DNA of 61,680 nucleotides, the filler included, from Rhabdomonas costata (lineage: Eukaryota): assembly GCA_019059605.1 (NCBI GenBank). It is 16 parts of 16 records of this genome, joined end to end, with 100 filler letters (N's around TTAATTAATTAA, not from the genome) between each part and the next. Parts side by side here need not be neighbours in the genome. Positions count along the whole stretch, not along the records: positions 50,198 to 53,965 come from JAHMHO010000549.1; positions 54,066 to 57,822 come from JAHMHO010000550.1; positions 57,923 to 61,680 come from JAHMHO010000551.1; 13 more parts are not named here. The stretch is one strand, 5' to 3'. Positions within the stretch are counted from its first letter, which is position 1. Each line of letters begins with the position of its first letter. The notes beneath the pieces were generated by a model. That model was not told where the DNA came from. It ran no database searches and saw only the letters and a list, made by a program, of their open reading frames with translations. Positions 50,642 to 61,662 of this stretch are shown piece after piece. The position numbers and the translations under genes were made by a program.

Positions 50642-52019
50642 CAATCTTCCCAGACCGCTTCTCAAAGGGCAGGGCTTGAACGTCGACACGCTTGTACACT
50701 TCTTTCGCAAAGCGAGCGTAGGGAGTTTGAGGCTGCGAACCACAAAACGGAGCCACCATGAGGTCAGAGGAATACGAGCGCAGAAGCAGAAATGAATGCG
50801 ATTGGGCTCAGAGGATCACTGTGCTCAGTACGCTTCCTGATGCAGACAAATGGACACGCGGACCTTGCAGCAACCTTTTCTTAGCGTCGACAACGCATGA
50901 GGTTGTGTGAAGCGTGATCATCACCACTACGCAACAAAACAAGAGCACGTGCCTTCTGTGCCTTCTTGGGGAAAGGGGAATGCAGCCGAGCGGCCTCCTT
51001 CACGAAGGGAATCCTTTCCTCCTCCGGAAGTGCCTTCCAGAGTTCCGCTGGAGATGGAGATGCAGTGGGTGAGCACCACACGCAATGCACACAACAGGAT
51101 GGTCACTGTGCAGCAGGGGAACAAGGTCGATCGAAGTTTATAATCAAGAAGCCGAAAACTTCAGAAATGCTTAGGCTCAGCACTATATCTCGTCAACATG
51201 CTTGAAGCGAAGGGGGCCAAACTGGAAATTCCAAATCATGCTGATTCGCTGATTCGCTGATTCGCGGCATTTGGTACATTTGGTGGTACTTTCCTGTTAT
51301 CTGCCCCAAAATTTACCAACTGCAGGGATGGCTCTCTTTTTTCTCCCAAAAAATGACAACTCGGCCATGAGATTTCTGCAGGGTTGGGGTTAGGGTTTGG
51401 GTTAGGGTCACAAGACTAAGACACAAGACCTAACCCAACCCTGACCCATCGGTAGTCCCCTTTGGTATCCTTTCTTAGTGACATTTGGTGGCTAAAATGG
51501 CAAGTCCTCTCCCTTAGGAGAATGTCATTGTGCTGCAGAAATCTCATGGCGGAGTTGTAATTTTCCGGAAGAGAAAAAAGCCATCCCTACAGTACGTAAA
51601 TTTAGGCGCCAGATAACAGGAAAGCACCCATTTGGTTACCCAGCACAGAGCTCGTGAGCGTGAGACGACAAACCCAGTCCCGACGGTTGCATAGCCCCCC
51701 CTCCCCACACTTCAAAGAGAGTTGCCTGTGGAAGTCAAAAGGTCTTGAGGAGTCAGGGTACTCCCAATCGCACAGCCTGCTGCCAAACGACTGCTGGCAC
51801 TGCTGACAGGGTGCTAGACTCCGGCGCGAAGGAGAGCTTATATCCCTCGGCCTTTAGAAGCTGGCATGCCGCAAAGGGGTGCGCATTCGTTAACACACTC
51901 TGACTGGCATCGAACAGACAGAAACACACACAGATTCTCGGCAATCGCTTCTCGAAGGGCAGTGCCTTGATCTCATCCCGCGCGTAGGCCTGCTTGATGA
52001 ATACACTGTACGGGGCAAC
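50642..52019 (-). CDS. Tandem HMG-box-like protein, spliced; continues across the contig junction into 53806-53742
   Basis: Box 1 is 52019-51932 (VAPYSVFIKQAYARDEIKALPFEKRLPRI) plus 51047-~50949 (SELWKALPEEERIPFVKEA). Box 2 is 50732-50642 (PQTPYARFAKEVYKRVDVQALPFEKRSGKI) plus 53806-53742 (AELWKGLSEKEREPYM). Confidence 0.75.
51285..51628. mobile_element. Non-autonomous TIR element (MITE), Merlin-like, 344 bp
   Basis: ~97-bp imperfect TIRs (51285-51381 and 51533-51628) begin GGT and are flanked by the 8-bp direct repeat CATTTGGT (51277-51284 and 51629-51636). Confidence 0.85.
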
Positions 52020-52807
52020 CTGGGAGACGTGACAACGTTACGGCGCTGATGTCGCCCCCCACTCCCTACAGAATTCCAAAGGAAAGGAGTTGGCCACAAC
52101 GGCGTGAACAGCTCCAAATTGTGAATCTAAATGAACGCGCATTACCCGCCGACCCTGTCGGATCCTACGGAGGGTGTTGGGCATTTACAAACACGGAGGC
52201 TAGCTCTACATAACTAAATAACAGAGTATCCTGTAAAGTTCCAAGCAGCGGTCTTTCCCATTCGATACGTGGATATGCTAATCGGCCTCTTTCTAATCCC
52301 TTTTCATGATAATGATCTGCTGCTGCCTGCCCACATCATACAGATCACACGCCCAATCTTTTCAAAGGGCAGGTTTCATATAAAAATGCGACGTTGGAAA
52401 GAAGTCTAAGCCCCTGCGGCCATTATTCCACCGCCACATCGATTGGAGGGGGCGGGGAGTGCAGTGTGAATTTTTGGCCACTCATTTTCACAGGTCTCGT
52501 CTACCTATCACTCTCGGGGGGCGGCCACTCGCTGCTGAAAAGCACCGTCTTCTGAGCAAGCTCCGCTGATCACACTCCGACAAAGCAGACGACTGTCTCT
52601 CTCAATCCGTGCCCTTCTGCCCGTGCGTCGGGCGAAGTCTGGTATGCACCCGGAGAAGAATGCCGTTTTCTCCAGCTGGGCGTTATTGGCGCTATTAGCC
52701 CTATTTCTCCAGCTGGGCGCTATTGGTCTAGAATATCTTAGAATTATGTACAGCAGCATACTTTAGTTTTCCCACCCACAACCAAAATCATGGGTGCAAC
52801 GGCAGCT

Positions 52808-53169
52808 GGGGGGGGGGGAGTGGTAACGGTTACCACCAGTGGTAATAATTTTTTCTGGCATATTTTATAAAGGTCCCCCAGGTCACGTCCTCGCACCAGC
52901 CGCGCGCTCCGGCGCGGGGACTGGCCTTCGCCCCTAAACTAATGTTGTCCTACTCGCCCGCCCATATCCCAGCCATTGGAGAGCCCTTAGCCACCAGTAG
53001 TTTTCAGCTGCTATGCAAAATCATTGATATAGGGGGCACTGGCAAAAGCTTACCTAACCCCCTTCTTCAAAAAGTCATTTCGAGAGTGCTGGCATGCTTT
53101 ACGTGACCGGTTTTTTATAGTTAATTCAGCAAAAAAAAAATTGAAGCCAGGTTTGTGTTACCCCCCCCC
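52808..53169. mobile_element. Possible second MITE-like element
   Basis: Starts with a G-run plus GGTAACGGTTACCACC and ends GTTACCCCCCCC. A similar G-run/ACGGTTACCACC.GTG terminus occurs at ~41701-41731. Confidence 0.35.
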
Positions 53170-53439
53170 AACAGGCCTTCCCCTCCATTTTTTCATGGAG
53201 CCAAATCATCTGACGCTTTTTTTGTGGCGTTTGTCTTGCTTACAGGTGCCCGCAGGAACAATTGTATTATTTCCAGGTGGTCGAAGTGCGGGCGGTAAAC
53301 ACAGCGTCGTGAATCAGTTACAAACGAACATCTTCTAAAGTGACGTGCGTAGTGATGGTGGTGGTGTTGGTGCTGGTGGGGTGATAAAGGCCAGGTGCAA
53401 AGGGAAGATGTTTGGTAGCAGTCACAACAGGCAGGAAAC

Positions 53440-53440
53440 A

Positions 53441-53488
<48 letters not shown>
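53440..53488 (+). repeat. (AAAG)n microsatellite
   Basis: About 12 consecutive AAAG units. Confidence 0.95.
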
Positions 53489-53741
53489 GGTCACATGCAC
53501 AATTTTTGCCGGGTCTGTACCTGCAAATCTTCGAACACCTTCGGTACTCTGGTGCCGGTTAGGTGCATGCGTTTGCACGCGGCGCATGCAACGGTTTGTG
53601 GTACTCAGTGTTGCTCAAGAATTGGAGGCGTGAAAATGACTTTAGTTGAAATCCACTGAGCATGGCCTTTTCGGGCGTACTTCCGGCCCCGAGAAGGATT
53701 TTCTGAAATGCCAGACATATGGCCGAACGCAAGAAACATAC

Positions 53742-53806
53742 CTGGGCATCGGCGGGATTCATGTACGGCTCACGCTCCTTCTCCGAAAGCCCCTTCCAGA
53801 GCTCCG
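53742..53806 (-). CDS. C-terminal half-exon of HMG box 2
   Basis: cag|CG GAG CTC TGG AAG...GCC CAG|gtatgt. Its phase matches the donor at 50641. Confidence 0.7.
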
Positions 53807-56800
53807 CTGGACACAGCAGAAGGAGAAAAAACAAGCATCGAGAGGCGCAGCGATACTTTGGGCGAAGAAAGGGGGGTCGAGCAGCGGAATATCCGGTTGG
53901 TCCTGATTTGGGACACTTGAATCGCCCATTTACTCCCTCTGAGACACACTTCAGGCCAGTTCCACNNNNNNNNNNNNNNNNNNNNNNNNNNNNNNNNNNN
54001 NNNNNNNNNTTAATTAATTAANNNNNNNNNNNNNNNNNNNNNNNNNNNNNNNNNNNNNNNNNNNNTGTTTCGTGTCTCATGGCTGGTTGCTGGGTTGGTT
54101 GCTGGGTCTTGCGTTGGGAGTTGGGAATTGGGAGTTGGGTTTTGAGGTCGGGATGCGTAATGGTGAGATGGTCGATGGAAGGTGTGAGGTGTGAGGTGTG
54201 AGGTTGGGTGTGGGATTGACTGGAGGGACGTGGAGTGTCTGGTGACCGTGACGGTGGGTTTGGTGGTTGGAGGGAGAGTTGAGAGTTGAGTTGGAGTTGG
54301 AGGGTTGCGTCGATCTTTGCTTCTTAGTTTCTGTCTTCTGGTTCCCTCTTCGAATGTTGGTCTCTGTCATCGGTTTTTTATTGCAGATGTCCCTCGGGAT
54401 ATCACAGATACACAAAACAATGGTAGTGGGTTAAGCAAAACAACTCCGGGATGCACACGCTGTAAGTGATATGACACCCAACCATACGATGATGACTAAC
54501 GACTGAATAGCAACGATGACTCGATAAGGATGCGGTCCGATGCTTGTAACTACAATCACGGCACGGCACTGTACACGTGATGCACATACCAATAGTATCC
54601 TATGATGGCAGGATCGCACACGCATCATTAAGGCCACTGACACCTAGCGATATTGGTTGCTCACGTACACATACTACACCTTGCGTTAGAGTGGAAGGTG
54701 AGCTGGATCATCACACCACAGGTTGTTCAAGGTGATTCAGCCCTCCATGTCACTGTCAGTACTGGCACGCACTGCTTACCACACTCATGGGTATAACCAG
54801 TAGTGAGGAGTGACCGTGTGTATGTCACTACCTACTGCTTTCACCACCCCTACGCTCAGAGTGGCATGGTGTGGTTGGTTTATTGAGTAGTAGATGAAAA
54901 AACTGGTTCAAACATTCTTAAAACAATGTCCGTGTGTGCATAGCGGTTTAATTAGCCACATTTAATTGAATTCGGACATTTTCGACACTCTTCTTGTTAT
55001 TCAGGATTTCACAGCAACTCTCTTGGTTAAAAACATCGCACCAAACCACACCATCCAAGCGTTAAAGTCAAGTCTTCTATCTGCTCGTATTGCTCTTCAC
55101 TCTTTACTACCCTTCGGTTTTTGGGGCTTGCGTCACCTAACCGTTGTCAACGTTCTGTACATTAACCCAGGTCTTTTCATTGTTTTTATAACCTTTTTAT
55201 TTTGACTCTTCAACGGGGTTGTTTTCCAACTTTTTCCTGAAAAATTTTCTGCGCTACATTCTCTTCGTTTTCATCGTTTTGCTTTTGATCTGGTGCATCC
55301 CAGTCTTTGCCATGAGTTTCCAGTATGGGTTGTCATTGTGATATCAGCAAACACTCTTTTGATTCTCCTAATTCTGCTGTCATTTCATGCCCTCCAGGTA
55401 TGTTACCAGTATTTCACGCACACTTCGCACACTTCTTATCAAAATCTCCAGCCGCTTATTGATAAGAACTCTCTTCAGCAGCTTTATATACAGCTTCTCA
55501 CACAATTTTGTCCTCAAACTGCACTCTGTACATTCTTTTCTCTATTTGTTAGCGCTTGCTTATACAACAATCCCTTGCTACACATTAGTCATCACATGTC
55601 AGCTACTTACAAGTGTATTCCAATCTTTTCTAGAAACGTTTTTAGAATCGATGCTTTTGAGCCTGAGTTATGATTTCTATTTTCAACTTGAACACGCGTG
55701 CTCTTACATTGACATTTCACATCGGAAATATGAGATCAATCTTACAGTACTTCAAAACAACTAAGAAGTGACGGAACAAATTCTCTTGCATGTAATTCAT
55801 AGTTCTTGTCAATGCACGCGTCCAGTAGAGACACTAGCGTCCGTAGAAAATAAAATCTGTGGAGTCGAATCTCAACCGTTTAGTGAACTCAACATTTTTT
55901 GATGGACACCTTCACGCTGACAGGAACCAGTGCGGCATTTATGTGCAATCGAATCAACAAATGGTATACAAAGCGGCAACGATTGCCTAAAAATTCTTGA
56001 TATGTCTTTTCAATATATCCATCTCTCCAACGTTTTAAAAGTTGCCGTGTTTAGCATCATATTTTACTGTCAACTGACACGTATGGCATAACACAATATA
56101 TGGCAAATATGCCGATGCGAGGAAGTGGTGTTGTCAGCATTAACAGCAGTTTTTTATCCAAAATTCAAATAGAGCAAACAAAATCCCAGAACCCACGCAA
56201 ACACGTTGTACACAGTGGTTTTAAGCCACTCTGAATCTGTACAACAAACATGCAAGAAACTACTCGCTTGAGTGGAAACAAACACAAACTGTTTTTATAA
56301 AATATCTTCCCCATAGGGCTGCCAGAATACACAAACCTTAACGAAAACGTATTGTCAGCTGAGCATTCTCATCTTGTTTGCAAAAATTCCGCTGCTAAAT
56401 CTACCTAAATGCATAGTACAATAAGTTAAATGCGATTAATTTTCTCTCCATTTTCCACGACAATGTAACCGTTGCTTATGTAAAAAACCAACTTTATCAA
56501 ATAGTACCGACATCATGCATCCAAGATGGACGCAACTTGCTCAGCAAAATTTATTTTGCTCCAGGGTTTGTGCCGTTATCTAGGTACACTGATGTGCTGC
56601 TGTTAGCTCTGCCTTGCAAAATTATCTTCCAATCCAGTGTTATCACCATCTCTAGTTTCGCAACTGCCCCACTTCACCACATTTCTTTTTCATCACTCAG
56701 GTGGGTTAGTTACTATTATTATCACGGACTGCCATGAAAACCAGTTTGGCTTCCAAACAGCAACAAGCAAGCAATTTCACCACATGATTTAATCTAGCCA

Positions 56801-58210
56801 TACATCTTACAATTCCAGCTTTCAAACATTCCATTAATTCTGCTTTTCCATCTTCTTTTTTGCCCAATCATTTTCAGAGGTATATTTACGCTGCATAAGC
56901 TCATATTTAAGCTGCGGTAGCACTGTTTACTCAACTTTGCAATTTTATTGTACTGTGAACCCGTCCTCCAGTAGTTGCTCTTCAAACATACTCCGTGTAT
57001 CATTCCTCGTGTTGCTGTATTATCACTGATTTAGGATTGGTGTTCAGAAGAATATCTTCAATTACAATAAAAGACATATCAAAAAGTCTATGAAAAAATT
57101 ACCCATCAATTCAAAAAAACAATGGAAAATTCAAAAATTTTTAATGTGGCCACAGGCTCTATGATTCATTACATCGCTCGCCCATTTATTTTTATTTCAA
57201 GCCTGATGAAAACCGTCACGACTGAAACTCGCGGGTGGAACTATGATGTTGACAATGCAAGTCAGGTGCAACATCCATTTGGCATTACTCCATGGAACAT
57301 CGTCCATATCAAACTGCTTTGTCAATGCTTCCCAATTTTTAACTGAAAACACAACACATTTAATTGCCAACTGAATTAATCAGCTTTTTGCGATCATATA
57401 CGGACAGGCGCGTGGTACTTTGATTGCTCCGCTTCGAAAACGTTTGTGGGCGCGCGCGGCCCAACCACCATGTCGCATGATGTTTCTTATCATTCGTGGC
57501 ATATTAAATTCTGCGGCAATCGGAAGTATGAGGTAATAAAACTTTCGGAACTATTTTCTAGAAGGGATGTTTTCCATCTTTGCGCGCATCCGGGATTTTA
57601 CATGAACAAAAAGAATTGAACGCCAACGTACCACGCGTGGTATAGATCTTGCGGTGCCTTGTTATTCCGCCCTATCCAATAAGGTTATGGCCGCCAAGTG
57701 CACATCAGAAGCCGGTCTAGTAGTCACAGCAGAAGACGGTCTAGTCGGAAAAAGGCTATAATCAAAATGAACGGGCTCCAAAGGTTCTTTCCTGATCACA
57801 CTTTTTTGGGGTAGGCAAGTTANNNNNNNNNNNNNNNNNNNNNNNNNNNNNNNNNNNNNNNNNNNNTTAATTAATTAANNNNNNNNNNNNNNNNNNNNNN
57901 NNNNNNNNNNNNNNNNNNNNNNTTTTGAAAAGGGTGATTTTTAAGCAGCACGTGGAGAATAAATTGACTTAGCGGCACTAGTTCGTGAGTTTTTCCAGAA
58001 AGGGGTGACTTTCGAATGCATATGGGCGATTTATATCGAAGTTCATACCCGCACCAGAAGTGCTTTTCTCTCAAAACTGCTACAAAAGGCTGGGGTCAAC
58101 AAAACAACCAGTAATTTGCACCGAGGGAACGAAAGAACACAGGGAAACGTGTGCGCTGCAAAACAATATATAGCAACGCAACCGTTCACGCAGCAGGTCA
58201 TCACAAAGCA

Positions 58211-59272
58211 TCAATAAGAGCAGCGGGCTCCACGGTTTTTCACTATTTGATGGATCCTTTTGGGCATTGTCATGATCGTTTTGTCGATATATTGGGCCGC
58301 CAACTCGTGAATGGTGGAAATGATGCGTTTCTCAAATTCTTCAAGGGTCTCATAGCGAATTTCCAGTGCAATGGCGTCATCAGCGAGCTTTTTCTTCACA
58401 AGGTGAAACAGATTTTCCACCGGATTGAGATCAGGGCTTCGCGGGGGGATAAAGAACTGCTCAGCCCCAATTGCCGCCATTGCCCTCAACGCTGCCCTAC
58501 TGGTCTGGGAGGGATCATTGTCCTGCAGGAAAACTTTGCGAGGCTTTTTGCTGAGCAAAAACGCTTGTGGAAGAGTGCTCCTGACAAACGTGGAATAGAA
58601 CTTGGCGCTCATTTTTTCGTACTTCGAGCATACAACGACCCCAGCACCAAAAGACACCCCCACAAGGAAGCGAAGAGTTCGGCCCCCAGAGCCTTCATGG
58701 GAGCCTTTGCGGGTGATGAGCAACTTCTCCTCCTTCTTGAGCCAGGCTCGAGCATGAGGAGAAGAGTGCGCATCCATGGGGTGAAGTTTGTGCTGAAATG
58801 CCACACCATCAATATAGAACGCCACCCCACTAGCCCAGAAAGAGGCAGGCGTTTTCAGGTGCCGCTTGCACCATGCAAGCCTTCGCTTTCTGTCAGCCTG
58901 CGTAAGAACTCCCTTACGGTGAACCGAAGACCAGGAATAACCTGCCCTGGTCATCTCCCTGTAGCATGTCGCCAGTGAGCATGTATTGCTAAATCCAGCA
59001 GCATGCTGCAGCTGTCGGACAGAAAAGCTTTTTGACTTGGGGCGCAGTAGCGGTACATGACGCAGCAGTTGCCGGCGGCATCTGGCGTCCAAAGCTCGTG
59101 GACGCCCACCGGGATGTTTCTTTTCAGGGCCCCTTAGAAGTGGCCGTTCCGCAACACGCTTGACTGATCCCAGTGAAATACCACATTTTCGAGCAATAAC
59201 GCGGTAGGAATAGCCATCCATAACCATAAGCCTCACCAAAGCCCTGGCTTCGATGCCTATTCTTGGTGCCAT
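58211..59272 (-). CDS. IS630/Tc1/mariner superfamily transposase (DD34E), intact and intronless
   Basis: ATG at 59272 (MAPRIG). N-terminal HTH (GYSYRVIARKCGISLGSVKRV), GRPR linker, RRLAWC, and catalytic FYID / FLQDND / SPDLNPVE with 34 residues between the second D and E. Ends MPKRI..IVK.RG.R..Y. Confidence 0.93.
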   Translation of the reverse strand: MAPRIGIEARALVRLMVMDGYSYRVIARKCGISLGSVKRVAERPLLRGPEKKHPGGRPRALDARCRRQLLRHVPLLRPKSKSFSVRQLQHAAGFSNTCSLATCYREMTRAGYSWSSVHRKGVLTQADRKRRLAWCKRHLKTPASFWASGVAFYIDGVAFQHKLHPMDAHSSPHARAWLKKEEKLLITRKGSHEGSGGRTLRFLVGVSFGAGVVVCSKYEKMSAKFYSTFVRSTLPQAFLLSKKPRKVFLQDNDPSQTSRAALRAMAAIGAEQFFIPPRSPDLNPVENLFHLVKKKLADDAIALEIRYETLEEFEKRIISTIHELAAQYIDKTIMTMPKRIHQIVKNRGARCSY

Positions 59273-59682
59273 TGCAAGAAACGTGAATAAAAGCAAGTAG
59301 TACGCGGCTAAAGGTCATAAATGCACATAACATTGCAGAGCAAACACTAAAGATATGACGGGCTTCTGTGTAACGCGCATTTGCAAACGTTCATTTCGAA
59401 GGCATGTTCCTCATGAACTGTGTAGCATCGTAATTCAACAAGATCCGCTTCATATTTGCTTCTTAATTCGAACGGCACGCTTATATAAAACACTGAGACA
59501 GCCATGCTCTTTTCGCCTTAACCTGATTGGACAGATCTTGAGATCTCTGCGGTATCGGCATCAGTGTCTGGACATATCATGACACTCATCCGAGGGAAAA
59601 ATGGAGCAAACACAACGTGCACAATATAGCAAGGCACATCCAGAAGTACCATCACAAAGGGGGAGGGGGCTGGATACACTGG

Positions 59683-61662
59683 TCAAGCGTGTTTCTTGCC
59701 GGTTGCACGGCAGTACGGGGAGGAAGAGAGAGGTAACCCACAGTCTCCGCAGTAAGCCAGCTGTGAGCTGGAGGTAGAGGAGGAGCGAGGAAACTCCGAT
59801 TCGGAGCTGGACCCACATTGATAATTGCAGCTATTGGAACCTTCTGCATCGGGAGATGGTTCCACACACATCTCAGAACCATGTGGAGTACAGGAGGAAT
59901 TTAATAGAAGCAAAGAGGCAAAGCATGCGGCACATGGAGGAATCTTCCTCTCCTGATTGGCAGACACTGTTTTCTCAAAGTGAAAAAACAGGAACCGCCG
60001 ATCCATCATCCCCTGCTCCTTAGGGTCAAGGTGACTCAATGGCGCTGCAGAGGTGATAAACACAGGCTGACAGACCTTAAAGTCCAGGTCACCCTGAAAC
60101 TCCGTCCGTGGTCGGCGGATGGTCACCTCTGTCCCTTCAAATACCAACAGAAGACTTGCCCAAGGAAGAACGTCTTCATCCAATCGGAAGTCCTGCCATA
60201 AGATCACTTCCTTTACTGGAAGCTCTTGCAGGGGAAAACCCGATTTTCGCGGCGGAGTCAAATGGCAAGTATAAATCACACGCAATGGGTCCAGAATCCA
60301 CGACTTTGCTGAAGTCGTGGTGCCATGGATGAAGACGTTCACCCCCTTAGAGGCCCCAGTCACCAGGGCAGTCACCACAGCCTTTGCGAATATAAGTGGC
60401 TGAATTTTTTGTAACCGTAACAAATCCAGTGCCATGGTTTTCCAGTCCCCGGCGTGGTCGCATGTGCAGGTGGCATCCGCCGCTTGCCGTAGGATTGCCA
60501 GACGGCTCAGCTCACTTCGTTTCAATCGAGCATCGGCTTGCTGCACATGACGAGCCTTCTCCACTATGCTGCTTGGGGACCTTTGCATGCAGAGAGAGAT
60601 GAGCCTAGGGTCACCCAACCTCTGCACAAATGACATTAAAGAGTCCCCAGTTTTCAGCTCGTGATCGCATATCAGCCGGAAAGCATACGCCCAGACAGGC
60701 TCCCTCCTGCTTTTTTGTGGACATTGAGATTTCAGTCCTCCTTTTTCGTCCTCATCAGCAGCGGCGGACGAAGAACCTTCTCCCTGGTCACCAAACGGAA
60801 ATTTTTGCTTACTGCCACTCCAAAAAGGACGTTTGGCAGCCTCCTCTGGAGAAGGGTGCGCTTCGGCACCATCCACAAGCAAAAACTCTTTGTCAAGGTC
60901 AGAGAGAGGCTTGTGCTTAGTTGGCCACCAACCATAGCGGAAAGCTGACCAAAAACCCCCTCCAGACACAGCGAAGTGCACATAAATACTGTGCTCGCGC
61001 CTGAGATAATCCGCTATAGGTGCCCACAGGTGCTGCCGACTGCTTTTCATCGCTGCATGAAAGTGGGTATTTCGTGCTTCATCAGTTACCCCTGCTGCAT
61101 GCATCTCTCTGAAAACAGCACCATATAGCACGCGCAAATTTGGAATAGCGGCTTCAAATGCTTTCAGTAGCAAATCTGCAAACTCCCTTCGGGAAAACTC
61201 GGATGGGGACCGCCGCTCCTCACTCTTTGGGTGAGAGAACGTGACGAGATAGACCCGCCTGCCGTTACGAGCTTTTCGGGAAAACGGTTGTGCACTATCA
61301 CTGTCGTGATGGACAGTTTCTTCGTCGGCCTCAAATACTCCGGGATCTGGTGGCGATATGTCCTGCATGCTTTTAGTGTACGTATCGTACACATCGGAAA
61401 TTACTTTGAATAAGTGGATGAGCCGGTCACTGTGAAGGTTGCTTGACAGAGAGGGTTGCTTGTCCGGATGCAAGAACAAGCAGAGATGCTTGTAGAATCG
61501 TCTCAGTGACTCATCCGACAAATCACCGGGGCATGGCATCCCCACCATGGAGCCAAACAGTGTCAACCATTGCACCCAGATCGATTTTCTATCAGCCATT
61601 AACGCGACAAAGCCGTAAAAAGAGTAGCGCACTACCACTTTGCATAAATCAAATCTGCTCAT
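59683..61662 (-). CDS. Rep-like protein: DnaJ-like domain + HUH endonuclease + SF3 helicase + C-terminal C3H zinc finger; intact and intronless (659 aa)
   Basis: J domain LRRFYKHLCLFLHPDK...FKVISDVY (HPD at aa 65-67). HUH motifs YLVTFS, THFHA (aa 200-202) and AFRY (Y243). SF3 Walker A GTTTSAKS (447-454), Walker B VILWQD, motif C VFITS and arginine finger DRRF, then CAAC. Ends C638xxC641...C651...H658. Confidence 0.88.
   Translation of the reverse strand: MSRFDLCKVVVRYSFYGFVALMADRKSIWVQWLTLFGSMVGMPCPGDLSDESLRRFYKHLCLFLHPDKQPSLSSNLHSDRLIHLFKVISDVYDTYTKSMQDISPPDPGVFEADEETVHHDSDSAQPFSRKARNGRRVYLVTFSHPKSEERRSPSEFSRREFADLLLKAFEAAIPNLRVLYGAVFREMHAAGVTDEARNTHFHAAMKSSRQHLWAPIADYLRREHSIYVHFAVSGGGFWSAFRYGWWPTKHKPLSDLDKEFLLVDGAEAHPSPEEAAKRPFWSGSKQKFPFGDQGEGSSSAAADEDEKGGLKSQCPQKSRREPVWAYAFRLICDHELKTGDSLMSFVQRLGDPRLISLCMQRSPSSIVEKARHVQQADARLKRSELSRLAILRQAADATCTCDHAGDWKTMALDLLRLQKIQPLIFAKAVVTALVTGASKGVNVFIHGTTTSAKSWILDPLRVIYTCHLTPPRKSGFPLQELPVKEVILWQDFRLDEDVLPWASLLLVFEGTEVTIRRPRTEFQGDLDFKVCQPVFITSAAPLSHLDPKEQGMMDRRFLFFHFEKTVSANQERKIPPCAACFASLLLLNSSCTPHGSEMCVEPSPDAEGSNSCNYQCGSSSESEFPRSSSTSSSQLAYCGDCGLPLSSSPYCRATGKKHA

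Noticed and set aside
58151-58978. 275-aa plus-strand ORF, considered as a possible capsid or accessory gene
   Set aside because: Largely overlaps the transposase antisense and has no recognisable features.
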